From an uncultured delta proteobacterium (lineage in GTDB: Bacteria > Desulfobacterota > Binatia > UBA9968): 64,000 nt of DNA. The stretch covers positions 96,001-160,000 of the forward strand of contig CAVUVW010000021.1 in NCBI GenBank assembly GCA_963745035.1. The letters are read 5' to 3'. Shown here piece after piece: positions 42,811 through 51,114 of the stretch. A program made the position numbers and the translations under genes. Position 1 is the first letter of the stretch. Every line of letters begins with the position of its first letter. The notes beneath the pieces are model-generated. The model was not told where the DNA came from. It ran no database searches and was given only the letters and a program-made list of their open reading frames with translations.

Positions 42811-42961
42811 TCCCTCGCAACGACGACGCCGTGAAGGGGATGGCCAATAGGCAACCCCCGCTGAAGCTCGGCGCAAAAGCGCTCCGCCTGTGCTGAGTCG
42901 CGGTAATACAAACCCGTTGGCAAAGCTGGACGGTCTGCAAGCGCGGTGCTCGTACGGAGAC

Positions 42962-43042
42962 GCCTAACCGCGCGCCTTCACCGGGCTATACCAGCCAGCA
43001 AATCGCCGCTGGTCAAGCGTCCGGTGCAAGGCGTGGTTAGGC
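42962..43042 (-). mobile_element. attC site (intact)
   Basis: Minus strand GCCTAAC-CACGC-CTTGCACCGG...CCGGTGAAGGCGCGCG-GTTAGGC. Confidence 0.88.
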
Positions 43043-43050
43043 GGGCTGCC

Positions 43051-43521
43051 TCATTTCTTTCTCGGGTCGTCCGCGGGATTGACGTACGTAACAGCCCATG
43101 GACCGGTTCCATTAAGCTGCACCACGACTTCTTCCTTGGTCCAGGCAAAATGGTTTGTCTTTGGCTGGATGATCATCATGCTTCCCGGACTCAGGGCCAT
43201 CGGCTTCTTCATGTCCAGTTTGTCGCCCACGCCCATATAAAAGGTTCCGGAAATCACCGTCACTCGCTCCACGGCCGGATGCCAATGCGCGGGAATCTGA
43301 TAGTTTGCAGGGAACTTCAATCGGAACGTGAACGGAACGGCCTCGTTCAGCGGGCCTTCGATGACAGCGATCTTAGCGCCGGGCGGCAAAGACGGAATAT
43401 CGCTCCATTTCAGATCATTTGGCGAGATCATCTTGTGACCGCTCGACTGAGCCCAACCTGAAGGCATGCCAACAAGAAGGGACACAATCACTGCGAATGC
43501 GATGTAAAGCATGGATTTCAT
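43051..43521 (-). CDS. Secreted cupin-domain protein (first cassette after attI-like site)
   Basis: Signal peptide; LPPGAKIAVIEG, IPAHWHP..ERVTVISG, NHFAW; GGAGG RBS. Confidence 0.88.
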   Translation of the reverse strand: MKSMLYIAFAVIVSLLVGMPSGWAQSSGHKMISPNDLKWSDIPSLPPGAKIAVIEGPLNEAVPFTFRLKFPANYQIPAHWHPAVERVTVISGTFYMGVGDKLDMKKPMALSPGSMMIIQPKTNHFAWTKEEVVVQLNGTGPWAVTYVNPADDPRKK

Positions 43522-43595
43522 GGCGTCCTCCTTTTCAATTCAGTCAACAAGGGACCAATAGGATGATTGGGCGAGCATTGGTCCCGGTCATGCCC

Positions 43596-43724
43596 GCCTA
43601 ACTATTGATTGAACTGATCTCGTATATTGACTTGCAAAGAAGCACCAGCGGGAAATTTACGTTACCAAACAATGAGCTGTCAATTGCGTTCATGCTCGTA
43701 TATTCAATATCACTGGTCTCGTAT
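43596..43724 (-). mobile_element. attI-like site with promoter (copy 2)
   Basis: Minus strand TTGACA-18-TAAATT...AATATACGAGATCAGTTCAATCAATAGTTAGGC; core complementary over 11 bp to R'' at 43036. Confidence 0.7.
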
Positions 43725-43860
43725 GCGAGCACCGCCGGATACGTGCCGCAGAGAGAAGCCAAATGTGTTTGACACAAAAGCCCATTCCGGGAGAGGACTT
43801 TGTGAAGATCAAGCTGAGCTGGCTAGCTTGCGAGTCAACGCTCTGTAAAAGGAAAAGATC

Positions 43861-44826
43861 ATGAAAGTTGTTCGCTGCGGCTTTTTACTGCTTTGTCTGA
43901 TGCTGCCGTCCACCGGATTCGCGACGACGGTGAACGTGGCGGTGCCGAGTTTCAGCATGTCTCTGGTCGCTTTCATGGCGGCGAAGGAGAAAGGCTACTA
44001 CCGGCAGGAGGGGCTCGACGTCAATTTTGTGCTGATGCCGGCGGCAATTGCGAGCAGGGCTTTGATCGCGGGGAATGTGGATTTTGCGACGGTGGGCGGA
44101 TCGGCTTTGACTGCGGCCCTCGGCGGCGCGCCGCTGCGGCTGCTGTTCAGCTCGTTCAATCGGTCGCTCTTCTGGCTTTATTCGCGGCCGGAGATCACCG
44201 ACGTGAAAGAGCTCAAGGGAAAGAAAATCGGCGTGTCGAGCATCGGCTCCGGACCGGACTCGATGGTGCGCGATCTGCTGCGAAGCCACGGTTTGCAAGG
44301 CGGAAAGGACGTCGCCATCCTGGCCGTCGGTGTGGACTCGAGCCGGTATGCGTCGCTGCTCAACAATCTGACCGACGCGGTGGTCTTGTCGACGCCGTAC
44401 AATTTCACCGCCCAGGACGCCGGATTCAAAGAACTGGTTTCCTTCGTGAAGCACGACTGGATCGAGCTCCAGGGCTGCATCGTCACGCGTGAAGCGATGC
44501 TGAAGAGCAACCCTGCTCTGGTCGAGAAGTATACCTTGGCAACGCTCAAGGGCCTGCTGAGCGCGCGCGGCAATCGCGCGGCGACCCTGCCGGTCGTCGC
44601 CAAGATGATGAAAGTGAAGCCCGAACTGGCGGCCCGCATCTACGATCTTTCGCTGCCCGCGATGACGAGTCACGGCGAATTGACCGAGGATGTGCAATCG
44701 AAGGCGATCGAGCACGTCGTGAAGCAGATGAACCTCAAAGAACCGCCGAGCTTGCAGCGGATCTACGACTTCGCGCCGCTCGAAAAGGCGCGCCGGCAAC
44801 TGGAGTCGCAGGGCTGGAAGCCGTGA
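43861..44826 (+). CDS. ABC transporter substrate-binding protein (SsuA/THI5-like)
   Basis: Signal peptide; AKEKGYYRQEGLDV, ELKGKKIGVSSIGS. Confidence 0.88.
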   Translation: MKVVRCGFLLLCLMLPSTGFATTVNVAVPSFSMSLVAFMAAKEKGYYRQEGLDVNFVLMPAAIASRALIAGNVDFATVGGSALTAALGGAPLRLLFSSFNRSLFWLYSRPEITDVKELKGKKIGVSSIGSGPDSMVRDLLRSHGLQGGKDVAILAVGVDSSRYASLLNNLTDAVVLSTPYNFTAQDAGFKELVSFVKHDWIELQGCIVTREAMLKSNPALVEKYTLATLKGLLSARGNRAATLPVVAKMMKVKPELAARIYDLSLPAMTSHGELTEDVQSKAIEHVVKQMNLKEPPSLQRIYDFAPLEKARRQLESQGWKP

Positions 44827-44880
44827 GCAGAGGGAGAATCGACGGATGTGCTTCATTTCACCACGAAGGGCACGAAGAGC

Positions 44881-46554
44881 CCAGCGCGGCCGAGCCGCAA
44901 CCAAAATGACAGATTGGTTTCATTGGTGTAAACGGTGCTCATGTCTACGATATACAATGCACCGACGAAAGAGGCTGCGCATGCCTTTGTACAGCGTCAC
45001 AAAAGCGATGTCATCGGAGTTTTGCACGGTTGGGATCGATTGCGACTGCAAGGCACGCTTCGAAGTCTCTATTACCAGCCGGTGATGGAAGAGTACCTGA
45101 GGCAAGCAGGAGTTTTGTGGAAAGATTTCAAAATCTTCGCCACCACACTGACGGCTCGTGTGCGCCAAGCGGCAGTGGATCTGGCAGCGAAGCATCAGCG
45201 GCCGATGCTTTATCTTAACTCCAGCCGCACACGCAAGGAGGACGAGGCTCGCAAGATCCAGCAGCGTGACCAGATTGAGTTGGGGCTGATTGCTGTGTTT
45301 AGTTGCGTGGAGCCGTGCCGTACGTGGTTTTTGCGCGGCAATCGTATTACCCGAAAGCTTGAGCTTAGGCTTGAATGGGGCAAGTGCATCCACCTGTACT
45401 TTTACTGGATGCATGAACAATTGGGATTTTTGCATCTTCGGTTGCAGACTTGGTTTCCTTTTCTGATTCAAATTTGTCTCAACGGACGAGGATGGCTGGC
45501 CCGGCAGATGGATCAGAAAAAGCTGCGCTATCGGCGAGAGGATAACTGTTTTCCGTGGATTGACGATGTCTCGCGCGCCCAAGCACTGATGGATCAGCAA
45601 CACCGCACCAATTGGCCCGTGCTTTTGCACCCACTGCTCAAAAAGTGCCACCCTTTGCACGCCGAGATTAGCCGTCCCATTGAGCGTGACTACTACTGGA
45701 CGGCGGCCGAGACCGAGTACGCCACCGATGTTATGTTTCGTGACCGGGCCGCGCTCGGACGCATTTATCCCGCCTTGGTGCATCACGCGGTGATGACGTT
45801 TGGCAGTGAACAAGTGCTGCGGTTTATGCACCGCTCGGGACAGGTGGGTCTCCAAGAGGTGCAAAGCGATCGGCGTCGCTGGCCTGACGGCGTCCGAGTC
45901 AAGCACTGGGTCAATAAGAACTCGCTTAAATGCTATGATAAGGGCAGTGTCTTGCGCGTTGAGGCAACGATCAATGAACCGAGAGATTTTCGCAGCTTTC
46001 GCGCCGCGGAGAAAAGTCCTGGCGGCCCTAAGCGCTGGCGCGAACTGCGCCGCAGCGTATCTGACTTTCACCGACGCTCTGAAGTGAGTCGGAAAGCCAC
46101 CGAGCGATACCTTACCGCTCTGGCTTGTGTCCATGTGCAAACCCGGCTCGCCGAGCAAACCGCGCAAGTCTGCCGGCCCGTACGGCGGTACGGACGCCGT
46201 TACCGAGCGCTTAATCCTCTGGGAGAAGGCGATGCTCAACTCATGACCATCGTCAACCGTGGAGAATTTTCGCTCAACGGGTTTCGCAACCGTGACCTGC
46301 GTTCCCATCTCTACCCTGCGATCAAGGACAAACAAAAGCAACACACAGAAATGGCGGCAGTGGGACGTCGCTTGCGGCTGTTGCGGGCGCATGGCTTGAT
46401 TGCAAAAGTGCCCAAAACGCACCGTTACATCGTTACTGAAAAAGGTCGCAACATCATCACGGCGTTGTTGGCCGCGCGTAACGCAAGCACTGAGAAACTC
46501 ACAGCTTTGGCCGCGTGATTTGCGCAGATGGAGAAAATTTTCAAGCATAGTAGT
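44881..46554 (+). mobile_element. Putative rolling-circle-type insertion element inserted in a REP-like repeat; no TIR, no TSD
   Basis: Removing it rejoins CACGAAGAGC^ACGAAGG, the sequence seen uninterrupted at ~48296-48310; left-end hairpin GCGGC-CGA-GCCGC; right end GCATAGTAGT. Confidence 0.7.
44935..46518 (+). CDS. Putative transposase/replication-initiator-like protein (Rep_trans-like motifs) with C-terminal winged HTH
   Basis: EYATDVMF, KNSLKCYDKGSVLRVEATIN, GFRNRDLR...LRLLRAHGLIAKVPKTHRYIVTEKG; codon usage differs from neighbours. Confidence 0.65.
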   Translation: MLMSTIYNAPTKEAAHAFVQRHKSDVIGVLHGWDRLRLQGTLRSLYYQPVMEEYLRQAGVLWKDFKIFATTLTARVRQAAVDLAAKHQRPMLYLNSSRTRKEDEARKIQQRDQIELGLIAVFSCVEPCRTWFLRGNRITRKLELRLEWGKCIHLYFYWMHEQLGFLHLRLQTWFPFLIQICLNGRGWLARQMDQKKLRYRREDNCFPWIDDVSRAQALMDQQHRTNWPVLLHPLLKKCHPLHAEISRPIERDYYWTAAETEYATDVMFRDRAALGRIYPALVHHAVMTFGSEQVLRFMHRSGQVGLQEVQSDRRRWPDGVRVKHWVNKNSLKCYDKGSVLRVEATINEPRDFRSFRAAEKSPGGPKRWRELRRSVSDFHRRSEVSRKATERYLTALACVHVQTRLAEQTAQVCRPVRRYGRRYRALNPLGEGDAQLMTIVNRGEFSLNGFRNRDLRSHLYPAIKDKQKQHTEMAAVGRRLRLLRAHGLIAKVPKTHRYIVTEKGRNIITALLAARNASTEKLTALAA

Positions 46555-46570
46555 ACGAAGGTCGAAGGGG

Positions 46571-46653
46571 TTCACCGCGGAGGCGCGGAGTACGCGGAGA
46601 TTAGAGTTTTGATTAACCATTTCCAAGTCTGCGGACTCGGCGTCTCTGCGGTG
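46571..46653. repeat. TTCACCGC/GCGGTG nonamer-triplet REP-like doublet
   Basis: TTCACCGCGGAGGCGCGGAGTACGCGGAGA...TCTGCGGACTCGGCGTCTCTGCGGTG. Confidence 0.75.
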
Positions 46654-46735
46654 CAATGTTCTTTGCCGCTGTGTCCCGCAAGTCCCAAAGGCGCTAAGAG
46701 GATCTAAGATTCATTTCACCACGAAGGACGCAAAG

Positions 46736-48223
46736 ATGGCGGAATCGAAATTCAATATTCTGGAAACGACGATCGAAGACATCCACCGCGGTTATGCCGC
46801 AGGAGAATTGACCTGCCGTCAGCTTGTCCAGGCATACCTGGACCGCATCGCGGCTTACGACAAGCAGGGCCCGGCGCTCAACACGATCATCACGCTCAAC
46901 GCGCAGGCGATCGAAGAGGCCGAGCGGCTCGATGCGCAATACAAAGCTTCCGGTTCGACGGGGCCGCTCCACGGCATTCCCGTCATCGTCAAAGATCAGG
47001 CGGATGTAAAAGGGATGCCGACGACCCTCGGGTCGGTTTTGTTCAAAGACTATTTTCCCGACCGCGATTCGTTCGTCGTCGAGCGGCTGAGGAAAGCCGG
47101 CGCGGTGATCCTGGGCAAATCCGCGCTCGGCGAAATGGCGGGCGGCGACACGCACGGCTCACTCTTCGGCTCGACCCGAAACCCGTACGACTTGGAGCGC
47201 ACGGTCGGCGGTTCGTCGGGCGGCTCTGCCGCCGCCGTAGCTGCGAATTTTTGCGCCGTGGCGATCGGGCAGGAGGGCTTGGCATCGATCCGCCGGCCGG
47301 CGGCGTGGAATTCGGTCGCCGGCATGCGCACCAGCGCCGGGCTGGTGAGCCGGGGCGGCGTGTACGGCGGCTGGCCGTCGCTCGCGGGATCGCTGGGGCC
47401 GATGACTCGAACGATCGCCGACTCGGCCGCGCTCCTGGACGTGATCGTCGGCTACGATCCCGAAGATCCGCAGACCGCCTACGGGGTCGGGCACGCGCCG
47501 GCGAGCTTCAAGAAATTTCTCGACAAAGACGGTCTCAAAGGCGCGAGGCTCGGTATTCTGCGCGAGCCCATGGGCATCGACTCGGAACCGGAGTCGGACG
47601 ACTTCCGCAAAGTGGACGAAGTGTTCGGCAAGGCGGTCAACGACCTCAAGGCCGCGGGCGCGGAGGTTATCGATCCGATCGTGATCCCGAAGCTGAAAGA
47701 GCTGCTCGCGAAGCGAGCGGCAGGGCCGGGGGAGGGCGAGCAGTCGTTCAAAAACTATTTTGGTCGAAGCAAGAACCCGCCGTTTCAGTCGATCGCTGAA
47801 GCCGTCGCATCACCCGAATTCGCCAAAGTTTCGCGCAACGCCCAGGTCCGCATGAAAGCGTCGCAGGACGCAAACAAACACTATCAGGCTCTGCTGGCGC
47901 GCGAAGAGCTGATGACCCATTTGCTGAAGACGATGGCGGATCATCGGCTCGATGCGATCGTGCATAAAGCCGTGGAGCATCAGCCGACGTTGATCAGCGA
48001 AGGGCTAAAACCGCCCTACGTGAACTACAAAGGCGCGCCGCACCTGAACACTTTCCTGGTTTTTGTTCCGTCGGTGGTCGTGCCTGCCGGCTTTACGCGC
48101 GACGATCTTCCGGCCGGCATCGTCTTTCTCGGGCGGCCCTACGACGACGGCAACATGCTCAAGTTCGCCTACGCGTATGAGCAGGCGACGAAGCACCGCC
48201 GGCCGCCGAGTTTTGGAGGATAA
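46736..48223 (+). CDS. Amidase signature family protein
   Basis: [41 protein letters not shown]. Confidence 0.92.
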   Translation: MAESKFNILETTIEDIHRGYAAGELTCRQLVQAYLDRIAAYDKQGPALNTIITLNAQAIEEAERLDAQYKASGSTGPLHGIPVIVKDQADVKGMPTTLGSVLFKDYFPDRDSFVVERLRKAGAVILGKSALGEMAGGDTHGSLFGSTRNPYDLERTVGGSSGGSAAAVAANFCAVAIGQEGLASIRRPAAWNSVAGMRTSAGLVSRGGVYGGWPSLAGSLGPMTRTIADSAALLDVIVGYDPEDPQTAYGVGHAPASFKKFLDKDGLKGARLGILREPMGIDSEPESDDFRKVDEVFGKAVNDLKAAGAEVIDPIVIPKLKELLAKRAAGPGEGEQSFKNYFGRSKNPPFQSIAEAVASPEFAKVSRNAQVRMKASQDANKHYQALLAREELMTHLLKTMADHRLDAIVHKAVEHQPTLISEGLKPPYVNYKGAPHLNTFLVFVPSVVVPAGFTRDDLPAGIVFLGRPYDDGNMLKFAYAYEQATKHRRPPSFGG

Positions 48224-48242
48224 GAGAGGGGATGGGAGATTT

Positions 48243-48586
48243 CTCTCGCCAAGGCGCAAAGGCGCCAAGGGAATGAAAGATTCACCACGACGGCGCGAAG
48301 AGCACGAAGGTTTTAGAAACAAAGATCTCACCGCGGAGGCGCAGAGTACGCCGAGATGAACGTTTCATCATTTTTTCACTCTGCAAGCTCGGTGTCTCGG
48401 CGGTGCAATGTTCTTTCCCGACAAGGCGCAAACGCGCCAAGTGACAGTGAAGTTTCATCCCAACATGGGAGATCACCACGAACCCGCCAAGGGCACAAAG
48501 TTCAGTCAGAAAGAATTCACCGCGGAGGCGCAGAGTACGCCGAGGAAAAACTTTCTAACTCTGCGAGCTCAGCGTCTCTGTGGTGT
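48243..48586. repeat. Cluster of nonamer-triplet REP-like repeats (TCTCGCCAAG / CACCACGA / CACCGCGGAG types)
   Basis: Two tandem sets, e.g. TCTCGCCAAGGCGCAAAGGCGCCAAG, TTCACCACGACGGCGCGAAGAGCACGAAG, TCACCGCGGAGGCGCAGAGTACGCCGAG, with inverted partners. Confidence 0.8.
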
Positions 48587-48661
48587 AATGTTCTTTTCTC
48601 GCGCGCTTGGCGCCAATTCTGTTATACTGCGGCCGAATAATCCCCCATCGGTTCATCGCAA

Positions 48662-49852
48662 ATGAATCGCATTTTCATCAGTTACCGAAGCTCTGACGGT
48701 TTCAAGGATGCCAGCCGACTCGCCGTAGACTTGAATCGAGTGTTTGGCAGCGACCAGGTCTTTTTCGACAAACAAGATTTGCGCGGCGGGTCTTCCTGGC
48801 GGGATGAAATCATGGGCGCGCTAGGATCGAAACCGATCGTGCTGGCGCTGATCACGCCGGATTACTTCGGCGCCGTCGAGGGCGGGGGCCGCCGCATAGA
48901 TCGCGCCGATGACCCGGTCGGTGAAGAGTTGCTCGCCGGGTTCGATGCCAACGCGAAGATCATCCCGTTGCTCAGTGAGTCGGTCAAGATGCCGCCTGCC
49001 GGGTCATTGCCCGAGCGCTTACAGCCGATCACCTCCCGCCATGCGCTCAGACTCCGCAGCGAAGACTGGAATAACGATCTGTTACGTTTGATCGAAGATT
49101 TGGTCGCGAACAAGGTCAAGGTTCAAGATAAGGACTGGCGGTTGACCTTCGGCGGCGCGCCGCAAGTGCGTGCGGGGCGGTGGGTCGCAGTCGGCGTGAC
49201 GGCATTTCTTATCCTTGTGGTTATCCAACTCGCCCTCATGAGCGACAAAACTTCGGATGACGAAGCTTATTTCGGCGCCGCAGGAATCGGGTTGATGCCG
49301 CTTGCGGCGGCTTGGTACGCCCTGCGTACGCTCAAAGGCAGCGCCCGCAAGTTGAGATACACAGCGCTCGCCATGTTCCTTCTAAGCTGCTGGCAGGTCG
49401 TGAGCTTAGTCGCGGGCGGCGTGCAATTGCAATCCGGAATGTTCTCGACGACGACCAATGCTCCTGCCCAGATCGATCTCGCCGGCGTGTGGGATGTCGA
49501 AATGCTGGGGAAGGGCCCGTTGCCCCCGTTTAATCTCGTGCAAAACGGCGTGAACGTAAAGATGGAGACGGAGTCGGTTCAGGTCGACAAGCATCCCAAT
49601 ATCGCGGCGATGAACAAGATCGGGAAAGCGAAGGGCGGGCTGGTTTTGACTTCGACTCGGCTAAAAGGGGCGGGAACGCTCACTGGACGTGAATTGAATG
49701 TATTGGTGAATTACGTCACGGGACCCGAAGATATCGCTTTCGCCACCGGCACCTTGACGGCCAAGATCGACGACGGCGACCGCGTGATACAGGGAACTCT
49801 CTTGTTTATCGGCGATAAGGATGGCCAACCGCTGAAACTGACGCGTAGATAG
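48662..49852 (+). CDS. TIR-domain membrane protein
   Basis: RIFISYRSSD, VFFDKQDLRGGSSW, DDPVGEEL, IIPLL; three TM segments; C-terminal beta-rich domain DLAGVW. Confidence 0.85.
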   Translation: MNRIFISYRSSDGFKDASRLAVDLNRVFGSDQVFFDKQDLRGGSSWRDEIMGALGSKPIVLALITPDYFGAVEGGGRRIDRADDPVGEELLAGFDANAKIIPLLSESVKMPPAGSLPERLQPITSRHALRLRSEDWNNDLLRLIEDLVANKVKVQDKDWRLTFGGAPQVRAGRWVAVGVTAFLILVVIQLALMSDKTSDDEAYFGAAGIGLMPLAAAWYALRTLKGSARKLRYTALAMFLLSCWQVVSLVAGGVQLQSGMFSTTTNAPAQIDLAGVWDVEMLGKGPLPPFNLVQNGVNVKMETESVQVDKHPNIAAMNKIGKAKGGLVLTSTRLKGAGTLTGRELNVLVNYVTGPEDIAFATGTLTAKIDDGDRVIQGTLLFIGDKDGQPLKLTRR

Positions 49853-49885
49853 TTCCGGCTCCCTCAACTCATATCTCGGAATTGT

Positions 49886-49967
49886 TCTCGCAAAAGCCTG
49901 AAGGCACAACGCTAAAGATTGTTGATTGTACAACTCCGGACTTCGCGTCTTAGCGTCTTTGCGCGAG
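49886..49967. repeat. TCTCGC-type REP-like doublet
   Basis: TCTCGCAAAAG...CTTCGCGTCTTAGCGTCTTTGCGCGAG. Confidence 0.55.
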
Positions 49968-49979
49968 TTTTCCGAGCGG

Positions 49980-50132
49980 CTACTTTCGTGACTGCCTAAC
50001 TTTCGCGGCTTGCTTACCAAGCGCGGTGCGCGTCTTCTTCGGTAGTCGCTTCAGCGTTTGTTTGCGCTTTGCAGCTTTGGCGGCCTTCTTGATATTTCGT
50101 TGGGCTGCGCGCCTTTGTTTTTGACTGGCCAT
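49980..50132 (-). CDS. Small basic protein (50 aa)
   Basis: MASQKQRRAAQRNIKKAAKAAKRKQTL..LPKKTRTALGKQAAK; GGAGAAGGA upstream. Confidence 0.7.
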   Translation of the reverse strand: MASQKQRRAAQRNIKKAAKAAKRKQTLKRLPKKTRTALGKQAAKVRQSRK

Positions 50133-50268
50133 TACTATTCCTTCTCCTTCCAGCTTCTGAAGCCACGCTCCTCCCCGTCCACCGTAGAGAACGGTCGCGC
50201 GAAGAGAAAAGCCAAACAATTTTACGAAGGAACGATGGCGGCTGACGACCGCCATCCTCCTGGCTATT

Positions 50269-50430
50269 TCACTGACAATTTGGATGCCCACACTGGCACT
50301 TGCCTGAAGCAGACGATCCAGCAGCATTGGCGCAATGATCACTGCAGTACGTGTTCGAACCTCTGGATACGCCTTTCCCTTGTTCGACTTTGCAGGTACA
50401 CCCACCATGTGAACAATTCTGGTCGGCCAT
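50269..50430 (-). CDS. Prokaryotic metallothionein (SmtA/BmtA-like)
   Basis: CSHGGCTC..YCSDHCA..CQCGHPNC; GGAGGTG RBS. Confidence 0.8.
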   Translation of the reverse strand: MADQNCSHGGCTCKVEQGKGVSRGSNTYCSDHCANAAGSSASGKCQCGHPNCQ

Positions 50431-50642
50431 GCGAAACTCACCTCCCTTCGCTGCGATTGATTTCACCGCCGAGTTTGACTCGGCGGGATAGTCCGAAGTT
50501 ATCCGAGTAGCTATTCGCTGTTTTTCTTGCCTTCCGCCTCCGTTTTTTTAGGTCATCGTCCGACAGGATGCGAGTACCCGGGTCTGCCGCTTTTTCGTCT
50601 CAGTGCGCCGTGAATGCGACAGCGCGTTCATCTATTCAGGGC

Positions 50643-50657
50643 GCAAGCCATGTGCCA
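50643..50657 (-). promoter_or_regulatory. sigma54 -24/-12 promoter
   Basis: TGGCAC-ATGGC-TTGC, a consensus match pointing toward the metallothionein and small basic genes. Confidence 0.65.
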
Positions 50658-51114
50658 CCGCCAGTGGGAGACTTTGACTCACAGGGAACACGCCGAATGC
50701 GACGGGCATCGGAGAAGGCCCCCGCATAAAGGCGACAGCTCATCGTCGGCGATGACGCAGCAATGGGACTCCGCGCACGCCATTCTTGGCTTAGCTCGTG
50801 CGTCTGTCAGCGCCTGCTCACCGCGGTACCGCAAGCCACGGAATAAATGACCCCGTTGGCGTCATCCGACACGAGTAGTGCGCCGGCGATTCACGCGCTG
50901 ATGTGCCATTTCTAGGAAAGACTCACGTGCGTTCAATAACATGGTTTCGAGCGCGCGATGGGATTCGGAGGCTGCGCTACGACACGACGAAGCTCTTTCA
51001 GCCAAGCGAGGGCGCAATTGTGATATAGGCGTTTTTCCGGAGGCCGCTGGAGGAGCACAACTGCGGTGCTATAATTTTTGTAGAACCATCCACGGAAAAG
51101 GAGGCAACGAGACT

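Noticed and set aside
44852-46727. 18-bp direct repeats (44852, 46710) as the TSD of the 527-aa element
   Set aside because: They are heads of a dispersed repeat family. The junction that restores the interrupted repeat lies at 44880/46555 and involves no duplication.
48243-48586. Repeat cluster as a CRISPR array
   Set aside because: The units are degenerate, of mixed types and orientations, the spacing is irregular, and no cas genes are present.
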